From Podospora anserina (lineage: Eukaryota): 64,000 nucleotides of DNA. Under the pieces are notes generated by a model. It had not been told where the DNA came from, did no database searches, and saw only the letters and a program-made list of their open reading frames with translations. The stretch covers positions 1,488,001 to 1,552,000 of the forward strand of contig CM030332.1 of assembly GCA_017654855.1 (NCBI GenBank). Direction: 5' to 3'. A program made the translations under genes and the position numbers. How positions within the stretch are numbered: position 1 is the stretch's first letter; the number at the start of each line of letters is the position of its first letter. Positions 1 to 13,724 of this stretch are shown here, one piece after another.

Positions 1-41
1 CAAACAAACTACGCGGTTCGCCGGCGACGTTCCGGGACCAC

Positions 42-2471
42 CTAAGCCCTCGATCCTTCGCTGCCAGCACCGTTATTTGACTCTGTCGATGAGCCCACCA
101 GTGTAGGCGCAATACGCCTTCGCTTATTCTGGTTGCCCAACGAGTCATCTGTCTCCGCTTCATTGGTATCCCGCTTGGTGCCTGTCGGCGGCGGGACAAA
201 CGAGCTTCGGGGTGTTTCTGGGGGAGTGGTGATGGGAACTCCCGTCACCTTGCCAGAGTTCACCGCTGTCAGGCTGGGAACCTGACCAGCTATTAGCGGC
301 GGGTTGTTCAACACCCCAGTCTGAGCACCAGACGTCTGAGTAATCACTGAAGACGCCGAGTTGGACCTTGCTGGTGACCCCGGCCTTGGGTTGACAAAAG
401 ATGCGGCTGGTGGTGGAGATGGGGCTGTAAACGAGCTGGCAGAGTCGCGATGGCGATGCTGAGAGCCGTTTGGAAAAGGGGAAGGAGGTGCCAGCACCGA
501 AGTGGGGGTTGGTACAGGCGTATTTTGGTTCGAGACAGCAGTGCCTTGGGGCTTTGGAGGCCCGAGTTCGCCCGTGTACACAGTACCAAGTTCACCCGGC
601 AGGAACGACAATGTAGAGCAGAATCCATCCGAAGACGAGATCAGCAGCGTCAAACCATCACTTGACCTGGAAAAAATGTTAGTCTGAAACCATCTTGTTG
701 ACGCTTCCGGATGAACCTACCAAGTCAAATCAGTAAATGTGGCGCAATGAAGGTTGCTCACGATACAGATCGGGGTGTGTTGTTGAGTATCGTACAACAG
801 CACCGAATCCTGGGTAGCCACCGCATATATCATTCGATACGGCAATGCAAAGGCAGGCTTGGGTCCTGGTGTTTGCACGCCTGTCTCCAAACTCAGCACC
901 CTGGAGTTGGACGTGACTGTTTCAACCAATGACGGCGGCGGAGGCGGCTCCATCTGTGAGGGTGCTGGGGAAGGTTTCGTGACAGCCTCGGGCAACGGCG
1001 GGATGGCATCTTCAGAAGAAGATGTGTCGATAGTAATATGCTTGGTAACAGGAGGTGACTGCCTCAGCGTATACACGACTGGTGAACATCTGACTGCGAC
1101 AGATGGCTTTTTGTGCCCTGGTAGATGTGCAATGGGAGGTTTGTTGATGCCTCCTCTGGTGTAAATGTACACGGTATTTGTCACCTCGAACGTGGGTTTC
1201 TGGCCCTCAACTTGGTGCTGGGTCTGATATTGCCCAGCAGGGGTGAGAAGAAGACTTCCGTCGGGAGTAAAAGTAAGTCGCCTGAAGAAGGAAGTCAGAG
1301 TCTCGTTTGCGTAGAGACTCGCGTTCTTCATCCCTAAGCTTGCGCCATGCATGTGCGGCTTTGGCGAAGCCTCTATCGGCATCACTGCCGGCAACGGCAT
1401 CGACGGCGCTGGTGAGACCGAGCGTCTCGAAGAGAACGATGACCTCCGGCTGTGACTAACAACACTTGGGGGGTTCATCGGGAGAGCCATTGAGGTGGGG
1501 GTCCCTGGAGCGGATGGAACAGGAGAGCCAATCGCCACTCCTGGCACATTGTCAAGAACTGACCGATACCCCAATTCAGGAGGGGCGGGACTGTGGGAAG
1601 AGATCCGCCGCGCCGGAAGATCAGCTTTGACGTGGCTTGCAATTTTTGATGGCTCTTTATCGTTGCAGCCTAGAGTATACTGCCCGTCCTTGGTCTTCAG
1701 CGAGTAAATATGCACGGCACGATCCGAGGATTGCGTGGCGATATACTCGTTCAACGGGTCCCATGCAACACCCTGGACATAGTGACTATGTTCGGCAATT
1801 TGTCGAACCAGCGTGCCTAGGAAAACATTAGCAAGGCGTGCACTTGAAAGCTCCTGAAGCACTACGCACCTGTTGCAGCGTTGTAGATTCGGGCAACGTT
1901 ATCCATACTTCCGATAATGAAGTAGGATGCATCCGGCGCCCAAGCCAAATCGAAAATCTCCGTCCCAGAAGACCTGCACATGTGTTTTCTCCGCCAAAAC
2001 TCTTTGGCTTCGGGGTCCGCCTCCTCCCCAAAGCCAGCGGATCGGGAGTCGGAAGGGACCCATAGGATCACATTACCGTCGTCACCAGCAGATGCGAGGA
2101 TGTCGCCTGAAGAACCGAATAGGTTAGCATAGAAGAAACAACATCGAACAGAATACTGGAGGAGGGAGATTCCGGCTTACCTTTCGGAGCCCACCGTACC
2201 ACATTCACGGCTTGTGTATGTGTTGAAAGAGTGGCTAGATATTCCACCTTGCGGTCTTCGCCATCATCTTCGATCTTCCAGAGCTACCCATGTGCAAAGT
2301 CAGCACTTAGACCCTTGAAGAGCAAGCAGGTATGGGATAACCTACTCGGACCTTGTTGTCTCCAGCACCAGTAGCCAGTCGTCCACCACCATTGGGCTGG
2401 AAATGTGCAGAGTATATAGGATATGGGTTGACATCAACATGCCAGTTGATGATGAGCGGTTGGGCCTTCAT
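42..2471 (-). CDS. CAC2: Chromatin assembly factor 1 subunit B (WD40), 5 exons
   Basis: ATG at 2471 (MKAQPLIINWH..PIYSAHFQPNGGGRLATGAGDNKVR). WD40 motifs HTQAVNVVRWAP, EHSHYVQGVAWDPLNEYIATQSSDR, FFRRLTFTPDGSLL and NLHCATFTDLTW; C-terminal KRRRIAPTL. Introns approx. 2345-2284, 2180-2107, 1869-1818, 720-667. Confidence 0.93.
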
Positions 2472-5171
2472 TTTTGTGGTCGACAGAGCTCTGCAGTTAT
2501 GCTGTAGCTGGATTGGATGGATGGGCGTTTGCTGGCGTCCAATCCGCAGCTGTGACTTTCTGCTGGTGTGCACGACTTCTCGGTAGAGCTGGAAAGATGA
2601 TGGTAGAGGACGGGCAGGCGTGGATCGTGGATCGTGTGGATCGTGGTCTGGGACGAAGGGAGAGATAAACCAATTCGAAATTTGCAGGAGAGGTGGAAGG
2701 GGAATCGTGAGATCGCCGGCTGGTCCAAGATGAATGTTGGTGGATTGGCGGAAGCGAAGGCACGGTCGGTGTCTGCGGCCAGAAGCTCGTGCGACTCAAG
2801 GCGACATGGATTTCTGATGCAGCTTCCAGTCCTGCACATTTGTCACTGACAAGACGGCTGCACTTTAGACAAACGCTAGTCAAAGCAGTTCAAACGGCCA
2901 TTTTTGTGGATAATAAAGCGCGGGCTTGCTTTCCTACTTGTCAATTGGAATTGGAAAAAAGGGAAATCCGGCCGCCGACTTACAAGATGTCTGGGAAACA
3001 GGAAAAGCTGCCAACGCCTTGTCTTGAGAGCTGCTGACGCCTTTTCCATAGAAGCCAAGCACCACGCTTCCACTGAAAGTCGCGTTTTGGCGTCACGGGC
3101 TTGCCAATCAAGAGAACGGAGTTACGGGACTGCATTAGCCGCATTGTCCACCATCGCCAAGCCAATTATTCTAAAGACACCTGGGCGTTGATGAATCAAT
3201 GATTAGACGATAAGCCTGGCGATTAGATATGGCGGGGTCATGAGCTTGATCTACTCCGCTTCTGCTAAACTTGTGAAGTGAGATATCCCCAGGAGCCTTT
3301 CAGGGGCTAGTCACTCACTCCAATCAAACATGCCGGCTTGTGTCGGTCTTTAGCACTTGCTCCCAGTCATAGCGCGGGAAGGGTATGTCTGATCAGGTAT
3401 TACTTAGACTCTTCAAGCTCATAATTTCGAGAAGATCAATTCGATGACTCAGTAGCTTCTTACTCACATGTTATTCCTCGCCACCCGCATGCCAGGAAGT
3501 CATCCTACTGCGTATACAGCCTCCCCACGAAGGTCAATATACGTGACGAGAAAATGGCGGCAATAAGCTTCATGCAAGATATGCGTACAGTTACTGTGCA
3601 ACACACCATAGATACCTACCAGGACGATGGATGGCGATGTCTTGGTCCGCTCTTCTGCGCTGCGAATTAAGGCTCATGTACCCGGGGGGCGCGGTGGAGA
3701 GGTGATTACGTGCAGGTCCCATTCTTGAGCCGGACCAAGATATGGGAATGCAAACTTCAGACTCGGCAGTTGGTAAGTTGCTACTGCTTGGGCCATGAAC
3801 TGGCGGAGGGAGCATATATCGCGCCATTCTCATTGCTACTGGAAGAGCTGCAGAAGAACGGGATGAAGTGATGTTGAAAATAAGCAGCTGCCAAGAACAG
3901 AAGTCCACCCGTTCAAGCGCCAAGACGGGTGTCACTCATAAGGCGGGGAGGTCCATCTCGTTAGGCATCTCACTTCATCAATGAGACACCTGCCTTCAGT
4001 TCTCAGTCATCCGCAACAATGATGATTAAGATAGCAGCTCAAAGACTTGATCAGTCTTCAGATAGTGTGGCAATCAATCCTAACGTCTGCCTCATGATAT
4101 ATGCTTCGAGTCTGCCTTGAGCAATACACCTACCGCCCTCGCATATTGCGTATCCCTCGCATTATGAAGATGCAGTTCGATACCACGGTGGACGATCCCT
4201 TCTGGGAAATCCCGGTAGACCCTTTTGCTGTAACTTGAAGCTCCACGGTGCGGGTGCTTGATATTCTCAACGAGTCACACCGCCTCTCGGCAAAATCCAC
4301 TAAACAAGATCTGATAAGAGTTCTCTACAGGCTGGACAGGAGCTAGATCAGTCGAAAGAGCATGCAATCACGATTAACCTCCAACTTTTCGCCAGTGTGC
4401 TATAGTCACACGGGAATACGGCAAACTGCACTATTATTCAAATCCCGTCCCCAATGTGGCTGACCCCGCAGCTCCAGGGCTTTTGAAGGCCCCTGTGGCT
4501 GCCCTGTTGTTCTATCGCGGCTGCATACCACCTTCTCAACTCTGCCTAGAAACTTGCATGCAGGGCGCCGTTCGCGATCCCAGACCCTCACCAACCCCCC
4601 AGCATTGGTAAATCGACGATGCATCTGGCTGTATGTACCTTCACCGCATGACTCAACGGTTCCGTGCAACCACACACTCCATAACCCGAGAAGCTTGTGC
4701 TAGACGTATCTTGCTACGAATACAACGGAAGGGTGGCATCGGCTACCCTACCTTCGCAATGACTAGAGTAGGAGTGGACTGAAGTTGATGAACACGGTAA
4801 TTTGTAAGTTGGGACTCATCTGATACTGTTGGTCTCACTACCGTTATCCGTATATCTCAATAACTCCCGCCCCTGTTCTCAATCGCTCCTTCCCTCCTTC
4901 CTGAGGTGCCCTGTTCCCCGTCACGTTGTGTTATCAGTTCTTAATTCCGCTTTTGGTTCTCCGCCGCCAACTGGGGCTTTGTAAAAATTTCACCAACACT
5001 CTCCTCCTCCAACAACTGCGGTAAGATTGTGGCGGAACGCGGAATCCACTCCATCAACTACGAACCATAAACAAAACACCCGGGACGGACGTCTTACAAG
5101 TACCTCCTGATTATCGATTTGGCTACAATATCTTCAACTCACTGGTTGGCCGACCAGCACTGCAGTCTACC

Positions 5172-8100
5172 ATGGGATCTGGCGATTCTATGCTAGTCAC
5201 GGTTGCCACGAGCCTCGCATTCATCGGTCTATGTTCTCTCCCAGCCGTTTCTAGCGTTCTGCTGCGGTCACGCAGACAAGATGGGGACCGGGACACGTAC
5301 GAGGACGCCGATGGCAAGGCGACACCCGAGTCTGTGAAGGTTTTCTCAACAAAGTTGTCAAAGACATGCATCTTGATCTTCGCGAATTCGGGATTTGCGA
5401 TTTCACTTGCGACTGCTCTGTTGTTCACACACTCCAGTGGGATCCAGCTTCAGCAATGGCTGAGCACAGTATCGTGGGTGAGTTATGGCGTGAAAAGGCC
5501 ATAAAGCTGGTGTCTCAGTTCGGTAGTGTTAACGATACATGGCAGGGTGCGTTACTGTTCCAGTCGGTTGCTATCACTTGGAGCAGAAGCTCCGTGCAAG
5601 CCTACGATCTTGGAATCTACAGTTTTCTGTCCTCTCTCACCTTAGCTGGCGCCCTGATCATTCAGGGCACCAAGTCAGCCGAGTCTCTTCTCCAGGACAA
5701 TAGAACCCTTTTTGCCCTTTGCGTAGTCGAGCTTGGTCTGGCTATATGCCTCTCGGTGGCCAGCGTCTCACTCCCAAGGAGACCGGACGTACTTTATCAG
5801 GGAGAACCAGTTGACCGGTTGTACAGTACCACAGCATTGGGCCGCTACACTTTCTCATGGCCGACAGCTCTTCTCACTCTCGCCTCGACTCAGAAGAACC
5901 TTGATATGACTGATCTCCCACGTCCCGATCATTACACCCGTGCCGCCTCTATATCCAAAGCATGGAAGAAACAGAACTCCAGTCGCCCGCTCTGGCTATC
6001 GATGCTCCTGGCTCACAAAACAGTCATCGCCGTTCAGTGGTTTCTTGCCCTTTGTACGTCGGTCCTGAATTTTGCGCCACAATGGGTCATCCTTCAGCTT
6101 CTTCGAACGCTAGAGGATCGACAGCCCGGTACTAGCAGTGGAATGGATGCCTGGGCTTGGGTGTTCTGGCTCGGAATCTCTATTGTCGTTGGGTCGTGGC
6201 TTGAATCATGGCTCTTCTGGATGTCCTTTGCAGACCTGGCAATCCCCGTTCGTGCTCAACTCGGCGCTCTTGTCTTTGAAAAGTCAGTCCGCAAGAAAGA
6301 CATCAAAGGAGTTTCCAAGTCGAAGGAAACGCCAACTGAGCCTTCGGAAGGGACCGAACCAGACGGTACCAAGCCGACCAAGCTTGATGATGCGGATGAG
6401 CTTAAGCAGGGCAAGCAGAGCACTGTAAATCTGATTGGAGTTGATGCCAGGAGAGTTGGTGACTTTGCTGCCTTTCAGTACATGTTCCCAGGCAGCCTGT
6501 TCAAGCTTGTCGTATCAATCAGCTTCCTCATCAGTCTTCTGGGCTGGAGGGCGCTTTTCGCAGGTTTATCAGCAATGCTTGCCATCATGCCTGTCAATAT
6601 CTATTTCAGCAAGAGGTATGCGGCCGCTCAGGACAGGCTGATGAAGACCAGAGACAAGAAGATGGAGGTGGTCACCGAGGCGCTCCAAGGAATCCGCCAA
6701 ATCAAGTTCTCGGCCCTCGAACCTGACTGGGAGAACAAGATTGGAGCTGTACGAGAGCGAGAGCTTAGTGCCGTTTGGGATGTCTTTGTGACAGACACAA
6801 TGTTGTTGGCATGCTGGATTACCAGCCCGATTCTCTTATCTGCTATTTCACTGGCAGTCTATGCTTACATCAACGGTTCGCTCACTCCGTCGGTTGCTTT
6901 TGTGAGTCTCGGTGTCTTCAAGGCCCTCGAGGTCACTTTATCCGTCATCCCAGAACTCACCACCGACCTTTTGGACGCATGGGTCTCGATCAAGCGTCTG
7001 GAAGAATATCTCAATTCTGCAGAGGTCTCCAAGATTTCCAAAGACGGCGAGGAAGTGAAGTTTGACAGGGCCTCTATCGCCTGGCCAGCAGATGACAGGA
7101 CAGAGGAGGATGACCGGTTTGTTCTTCGCGATATCAGTGTCAATTTTCCGAGAGGAGAGCTCTCTGTCATATCCGGAAAAACTGGCACGGGAAAAAGCTT
7201 GATGCTGGCGGCAATCTTGGGCGAGGTGGATGTCTTGGGCGGTACTCTCTATGTTCCACGAGCTCCTCCGCTGGCAGTACGTCACGATAACAAGGCCAAC
7301 AAGAGCAACTGGATCATTCCTGAGGCCATAGCCTACGTCGCCCAGATACCTTGGATCGAGAATGCCAGCATCAAGGACAACATTCTTTTCGGGTTGCCGT
7401 TCGATGAGGACCGCTACAAGAAGACGGTAGAGGTATGTGCTCTCAAGAAGGATCTCGAAATGCTTTCGGACGGCGAAAACACCGAAATCGGAGCCAACGG
7501 TATCAATCTCAGCGGTGGTCAGAAGTGGCGTATTACGCTCGCTCGCGCCATCTACTCCCGTGCTGGCATCCTCGTTCTGGACGACATCTTCAGTGCAGTT
7601 GACGCACACGTTGGCCGACACATCTTTGAAAAGTGTCTCAACGGGGAGCTGGCAACCGGTCGTACACGAATTCTGGTTACGCATCACGTTGCCCTATGCG
7701 AGCCGAAGACAAAATATCTGGTAGAGCTCGGAGATGGCGGAGTGTTGAATGCCGGTTTAGTATCAGAGCTCAGGCAGGGCGGTACGCTGCAAAGGATTAA
7801 GACTCACGAGCAGAGCTCCGAAGAGATTCAGGCCGACGAATCTGTGACAGCTGTCAATTCTGACGGGTCAACAGATGACTATGGCAACGAGGATGAAGGA
7901 AATACGTTGCAGAAGGTCATGTCCAAAAAGTCTGCCCGAAAGTTCGTCGAGGAAGAGAGTCGTGAGAAAGGAGCTGTCAAGACACGGGTTTACTCGGCTT
8001 ACCTCAACGCCAGTGGCGGATGGATATATTGGACCGTTGCGGCTCTCGTCTTCTCGCTCACGCAGGGCTTTACCATCGGTAGGCAACAATGCTCGCAGCT

Positions 8101-10019
8101 CCATACAAGACACTAACAAGGCTATAGGGCAATCGTGGTGGCTCAAGATCTGGACCAGCACCTACGAAGAGAAAAACAGCGGCGCGCAGCATATTGCGAA
8201 CAACTCGCTCGGGCACAGTTTCTTCTACGCCGAAGGCGTACGTCAAACATCACTGCACGCAGCTTCAGGACCCTCAATATCGGGACATTTCGAGAAAGAT
8301 CTGAAGTTCTACCTGGGAATCTATGTGGGTATTGCTATCCTTGGTTGCATCATTAGCACGGCAAAGTTCTTCTACATCTTTCTGGGCTCCCTCAGAGCCA
8401 GCCGCAAGCTCTTCGCCGAGATGAACTTTACGATTCTCCGAACCCCCATCCGATGGCTCGACACCGTCCCTGTTGGTCGTATCTTGAACCGTTACACCAA
8501 CGATTTCAGTGTTATTGACTCTCAGCTGGCAAACTCGTTTAGCTTCGGGTTCAACTCTGTGTTGAGTCTTTTCACCGTTATCCTTGCAGGCCTAGTGGTT
8601 TCTCCGTATATCATGATTCTTGCACTTGTGCTGCTCCTCATTTGCTTGCGCATCGCCATCACATATATGGATGCGGCAAGACCGGTCAAGCGACTGGAGA
8701 GCAACACAAAGTCTCCGGTTTTCGAGCAGTTTGGCTCTTCACTCACCGGTGTTACCACCATCCGTGGTTTCGACAAGGCGGAGGTGTACATTGAGCGCAT
8801 GTACAAGAAGATTGACGACTATTCGACAGCCACCTGGCATCTCTGGCTTTTCAACCGGTGGATGGGCTTGCGCATGGCTCTCGTGGGCTCTGTCTTCTCG
8901 TCTTTTGTAGCGAGCTTGATCCTGCTTACTCCGGGGATTGACGCAGCTCTGGCTGGGTTTGCGCTTGCATTTGCGCTCGACTTTTCCAGCGCGATTATAT
9001 GGACTATTCGTCTGTACTCCAACATCGAGCTCAATATGAACGCCGCTGAGCGAATTGTCGAGGTAAGTCTTTTGGTATTGCTTGGTTCAAGAGACGAGCT
9101 AACACCGGGGATGCAGTACACCGAATTGCCCACAGAGTCTCTTGATGGGATTAGCCCGCCTGCCGCTTGGCCCACTGGGGGCCGCATTGAGGTTGACAAC
9201 TTGGTGGTTGGCTACGTTGCTGATATGCCGCCCGTTCTCAAAGGGCTCAGTTTCAGCATCAACAGTAACGAAAGAGTTGGCGTCGTCGGCCGCACCGGTG
9301 CTGGAAAGTCATCTCTGACCCTGGCCCTGTTCCGTTTCTTGGAGGCTCGGTCTGGCGCTATCCATATTGATGGCATTGAGATTTCGAAGATCAAGCTACA
9401 CGACCTGCGATCTCGCCTCGCCATTATTCCTCAGGATCCCGTTCTCTTTTCAGGAACCATACGTAGCAACCTGGACCCCTTTGACCACCACACTGATGCC
9501 GAACTCCGCGACTGTCTTGAACGAGTCCACCTCATCACCGACTCTGAAAACTCGTCGGGAAGCGCCACCCCTATGCCTGGCTCCTCGGAAGCGACGGAGA
9601 CCCCAAAGAACACCAATGTTTTCAAGAATCTAGACTCGCCTGTCTCAGAAGGCGGGCTGAATCTGTCTCAAGGTCAGCGCCAGCTACTGTGCTTGGCTCG
9701 CGCTATTGTGAGCCGGCCGCGTATCATGGTTCTCGACGAGGCCACCTCTGCAGTTGACATGCATACGGACGGGTTGATTCAGAGAAGCATTCGTGAAGAG
9801 TTCACTGATGCTACTTTACTTGTCATTGCTCACAGGTTGAGTACCATTGCGGATTTTGACCGGGTTTTGGTGCTCAGCGATGGCTGTGTTGCTGAGTATG
9901 GGAGCCCCAAGGAGCTTTGGGAGAAGGGCGAGGGGGGTATCTTTAGAGGCATGTGCGAGGAGAGCGGTGAGAAGGAGAAGTTGAAGGCGGTGATATTTGG
10001 AGAGGGGCAGTCAAGATGA
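5172..10019 (+). CDS. Full-size ABCC/MRP-family ABC transporter (YBT1-like), 4 exons
   Basis: NBD1: GKTGTGKS, LSGGQ, ILVLDD. NBD2: GRTGAGKS, LSQGQRQ, MVLDEATS. Two TMDs plus an N-terminal hydrophobic region. Introns 5478-5545, 8079-8127 and 9063-9116 join ORFs 5172, 5366 and 7875. Confidence 0.93.
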
Positions 10020-10350
10020 TAAAATAGGAGGAAGGTGTTCCGGATGTGTATTATTTCTGTTTCTCTAATTTGCTTGCTGGGTTATAGACATTAAAAGGGC
10101 AGATGGGGAAATAAAATGGCATCTATGAGTTTTTCCTTCATGATGGCGAAGTTTATATGGTGTTGCTTGATGTTCAGTGCCCTCCTGTGAAGCCGCAACG
10201 TACCCAACAGATCTGGTACTGTGAACCATTTAGCGTCAAACTGCCTCGACAGTACAAGAACCACTCCCGCCTTGGAAGTTTGAACTGATTTAAGGCCAAA
10301 AGCCAAAATCTTACTCTGATTACCACCTTATCCCAGCACACTTACGCTGC

Positions 10351-11395
10351 CTACAATCTCCTAGCAACGACCCTCAACCGAACATAATTCACCACGTACT
10401 CCACATCCCCCCTTTCGCGCGCTGGTTCCCTTCTACAAACAATTTCCAACAACCTGACCACCTCCCTCACTGCTTCCTCCCTTTCTTTCTCGTCCCTGAT
10501 CAACCCAAACAACTTGCCCCCAATCAACCTAACCCACCCCTCCAGGCCCCCCCTCCCATCAATCTTGGTAGGCCTCCACTCCATCTCACTCCTTTCGACC
10601 TCAAACCACCCAACCTTGACCTCCATCATGTCCCTGACCCACTCCTCATCAGGAAAAAACCACGGCTCCCTAATATTCTCGGGCGCTTGTTTCAGCGTCC
10701 TAGCAACCACCCCCATCATCGCGGCCCTCGCCTCAGCGATATTCCCCATCCCGCCCATCTCAAAGACAAACTTGCCCCCCTTCTTGAGAACGTAGCGGGC
10801 CCCCTCAAAGAACTTTCTGCCCCTGTTCGACACCGGGCCGTCGTCATCCAGAGAAGAACCACTGCTGCTGCCGAGCATCCAGTGGATGGCCGCGGAGGAA
10901 AAGACTTTGCTGAAGTGTTCTGGTTGGTGGGCCATGGCTGAGTGTTCGAGGAGGTCGGAGGTGTTTGCTACTGTTTTTCCCCCAAGTTAGAATTCAGCAA
11001 TCACTTCTAGAGAGGGAAAAGTAGGTAAGTAAGTATACCAATAAAAAGACACTTCCTCTCCAACCCAACCTCCTTCCTCCTCACATTCTCCCTCGCGGCC
11101 CGGATCATGCTCGGTGATCGGTCTAATCCCAGAAGTTTGCCCTCTCCTTGGGCTAGGACACGGCCGATTTCAATGTCTAGGATTCCATCTGGTTGTACGC
11201 GTGTTCTCGTTAGCTAATAATCCCCATTCATCAACGCAAAACAGAAGCATGCAAAAATGTACCACCGCACCCCAAATCCAAAACCTTGTCATCCGCTTTT
11301 ACGTCAAGCCACTCCAACACTTTTGTCGCGAGCTTGGGGACGAAGCCGAGACTCTTTTGGTATTCGTCTGCTTTCCATTCTCTGATGGAAGTCAT
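10351..11395 (-). CDS. Class I SAM-dependent methyltransferase, 3 exons
   Basis: MTSIREWKADEYQKSLGFVPKLATKVLEWL..VLDLGCG (motif I); middle exon LLGLDRSPSMIRAA; FSKVFSSAAIHW; C-terminal YVRLRVVARRL. Confidence 0.85.
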
Positions 11396-11452
11396 GGTTG
11401 CGGGTAACGAGGTGGTTGAGATATGATAAGTTGGTATATACACCTCTCTCCC

Positions 11453-11506
11453 CAACAGCAACAACAACAACAACAACAACAACAACAACGACGACGACGA
11501 CGACGA
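11453..11506. repeat. Compound trinucleotide microsatellite (CAA)n(CGA)n
   Basis: Directly visible, ~60-110 nt upstream of the methyltransferase ATG. Confidence 0.95.
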
Positions 11507-11947
11507 ACGTCAAAGCGAAAGAAAGACGGAGGGGTAAAATGACTGGTCCTGACTCTGGTTCTGGTTGTGACTTTAATGGAACCCATGGATAGAAAACCAG
11601 ACCAGATAAACCTAAAATAATGTGTCACAAAACACCCCTCCCTCTAACTCGGCCGATGTCGGCACAGCCTGTTGGTACCAGCCTTTAATCTTGCTGAGAG
11701 GAATAGGGGTAGTTGCTTAAATACGTCAAGTCTCTTGTACACAACTTGGGAACCTCTACTCCGAAAAAGAGGATAATGTTACCAACCAAGTATTCCTGCT
11801 GGCCCTGTCACCTAGTTGTCAAGAGTAGCCAACACTCAGATCATACACAATACATCTGGGGTATATCCTGACAGACCGCCAAAAACAGTGGTATCTCTAT
11901 TCACAAAAGGCTGCCGCTAAAAATGACGTCTAACCTCTATATAACTT

Positions 11948-13120
11948 CTATAGGTTCCCCTCCTTCCCGGCCTTGTGCTCAGCTGTCGTGTCCTCCATCT
12001 CGGACAGGAACTTTTCAGCATCGAGAGCAGCCATGCAGCCAGTTCCTGTAAAATTATCATCAGTCAGCAAAACTTGTTTCCTGGCCAAAACAAAAGGGGG
12101 ACAACAACATACCTGCACTGGTAATGGCCTGCCTGTACCTCTTATCCTGCACATCACCAGCAGCAAACACGCCCTCAACACTGGTCAGCGTAGTGCCAGG
12201 CTTGGTGATGACATAACCCTCCTCATCAGTCTCCAGCTGACCCTTGACAATCTTGGTGGCAGGATCGTGACCAATGGCATAAAAAAGCCCATTCGCCTCC
12301 AGCGTCTCCTCATTCCCAGAAACAACATCCTTGACCACCAGCTGGCTCATCAGCCCCTTGTCATCCCCCTTAACCTCCACACCCACAGTATTAAACTTGA
12401 CCGTAACCTTGGGATGCCCCAGCAACCTCTTCGCCATGATCGTGCTAGCCCTCAACTTGTCCTTCCTCACCAGCACAGTAACATGGCTAGCATACTTGGT
12501 CAAGAACATCGCCTCCTCCGCCGCAGAGTCACCACCCCCGATGACAACCAAGTGCTTGTTTCTAAAGATGGGCACCGCCCCGTCGCACACGGCGCAGGCC
12601 GAGATCCCGTTCTGCCAGTACTTGTCCTCCCCCGGCAGACCAAGCCTGCGGGCCGAGGCCCCCGTGGCGAGGATGATGGCGTCGGCCGTGTGGATCTCGT
12701 CCGGGGACCACTCGGTGGCGTACTTGAACGGCCTCGACGAGAGGTCCAGCTTGTCGACCGTCTCGCTGACGATGACGGTGCCGAAGCGCTCCGACTGCTC
12801 GCGCATCCGGTCCATGAGCTCGCCGCCCATGATGCCCTTGGGGAAGCCGGGGAAGTTTTCGATTTCGGTCGTCGTGGTGAGCTGCCCGCCGGCGGCGACG
12901 CCGTTGGCCATGAAGCCCTCGTATAGGACGGCTGTTTTTACATGGTGTTGTTAGATTAGGTTCTTTTCGTATAAGGTTGACAAACTGTGGAGGGGTAATA
13001 AACTAAACTAAACAAAAAAAAAAAAAAACACTACGCACGCTTCAACTCGGCGCGGGCAAGGTAAACGGCCGCGGTGTGGGCGGCCGGCCCGGAGCCGATG
13101 ATGACTACTTTGCTGTGCAT
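11948..13120 (-). CDS. TRR1: Thioredoxin reductase (low-MW type), 3 exons
   Basis: [34 protein letters not shown], redox motif [40 protein letters not shown]. Introns approx. 13038-12932 and 12111-12046. Confidence 0.97.
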
Positions 13121-13523
13121 GTTCCTCCGCTGTTGCTGCTTGCCTATCGTCTGTTGGAGTTCGGATTGGTACAGGGTGGTCCGCGTCTTGGTAAACACGC
13201 CCGTTGTTACAGCTGCTACTGACAGGCCGGCACCAGAGCGGAGGATGATGCGTCTAGAGAAGGATGAGGAAAACAGCTTGACGGTTGTAGGTGGGGTACG
13301 TTAGGTAGCCCAGAAGCGTGGGAAAAGAGAAGAGATCAAAACGCGGGGGGGGAGGGGGGGGAGGAATATACGCCGCACGGTATTAGGAGGGGGGTCGGGG
13401 GGGTTTATTTAGGTGGGTTGGTATATAAATGATTACGAGAAAATGGAGCGAGTGGGTTACAGATGCGATTCTTCGAAATGGTTATTCCCTGGAAGATTCT
13501 CTTGTAAATTGTCAAGTCGTGTT

Positions 13524-13530
13524 TTACTAA
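13524..13530. promoter_or_regulatory. AP-1/Yap1 response element TTACTAA upstream of TRR1
   Basis: Exact TTACTAA ~400 nt upstream of the TRR1 ATG; TRR1 is an established Yap1-family target. A 7-mer can occur by chance. Confidence 0.55.
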
Positions 13531-13724
13531 GCTCTCAGAGGATACATTTCTCGTGATCGATCGAGACACGGAGGGGTGGGGTTGAGGGGCAATGGGAAAA
13601 TTCCAAATCAGATGCAGGGTCCAAATCGGAGGGTGAATAAGCAGTCAATTACTATGGGGGTTAGGGTTGTATGAGCACCCCTTTTTTCATTAAACATGGC
13701 ATCGCTACATACAATTCAGAAAAA

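Noticed and set aside
11973-12926. Long antisense ORFs over TRR1, the reductase (13671-14453), the ABC transporter (6938-7687) and LYAR (37658-38620)
   Set aside because: Shadows of biased codon usage on the real strand; no protein motifs.
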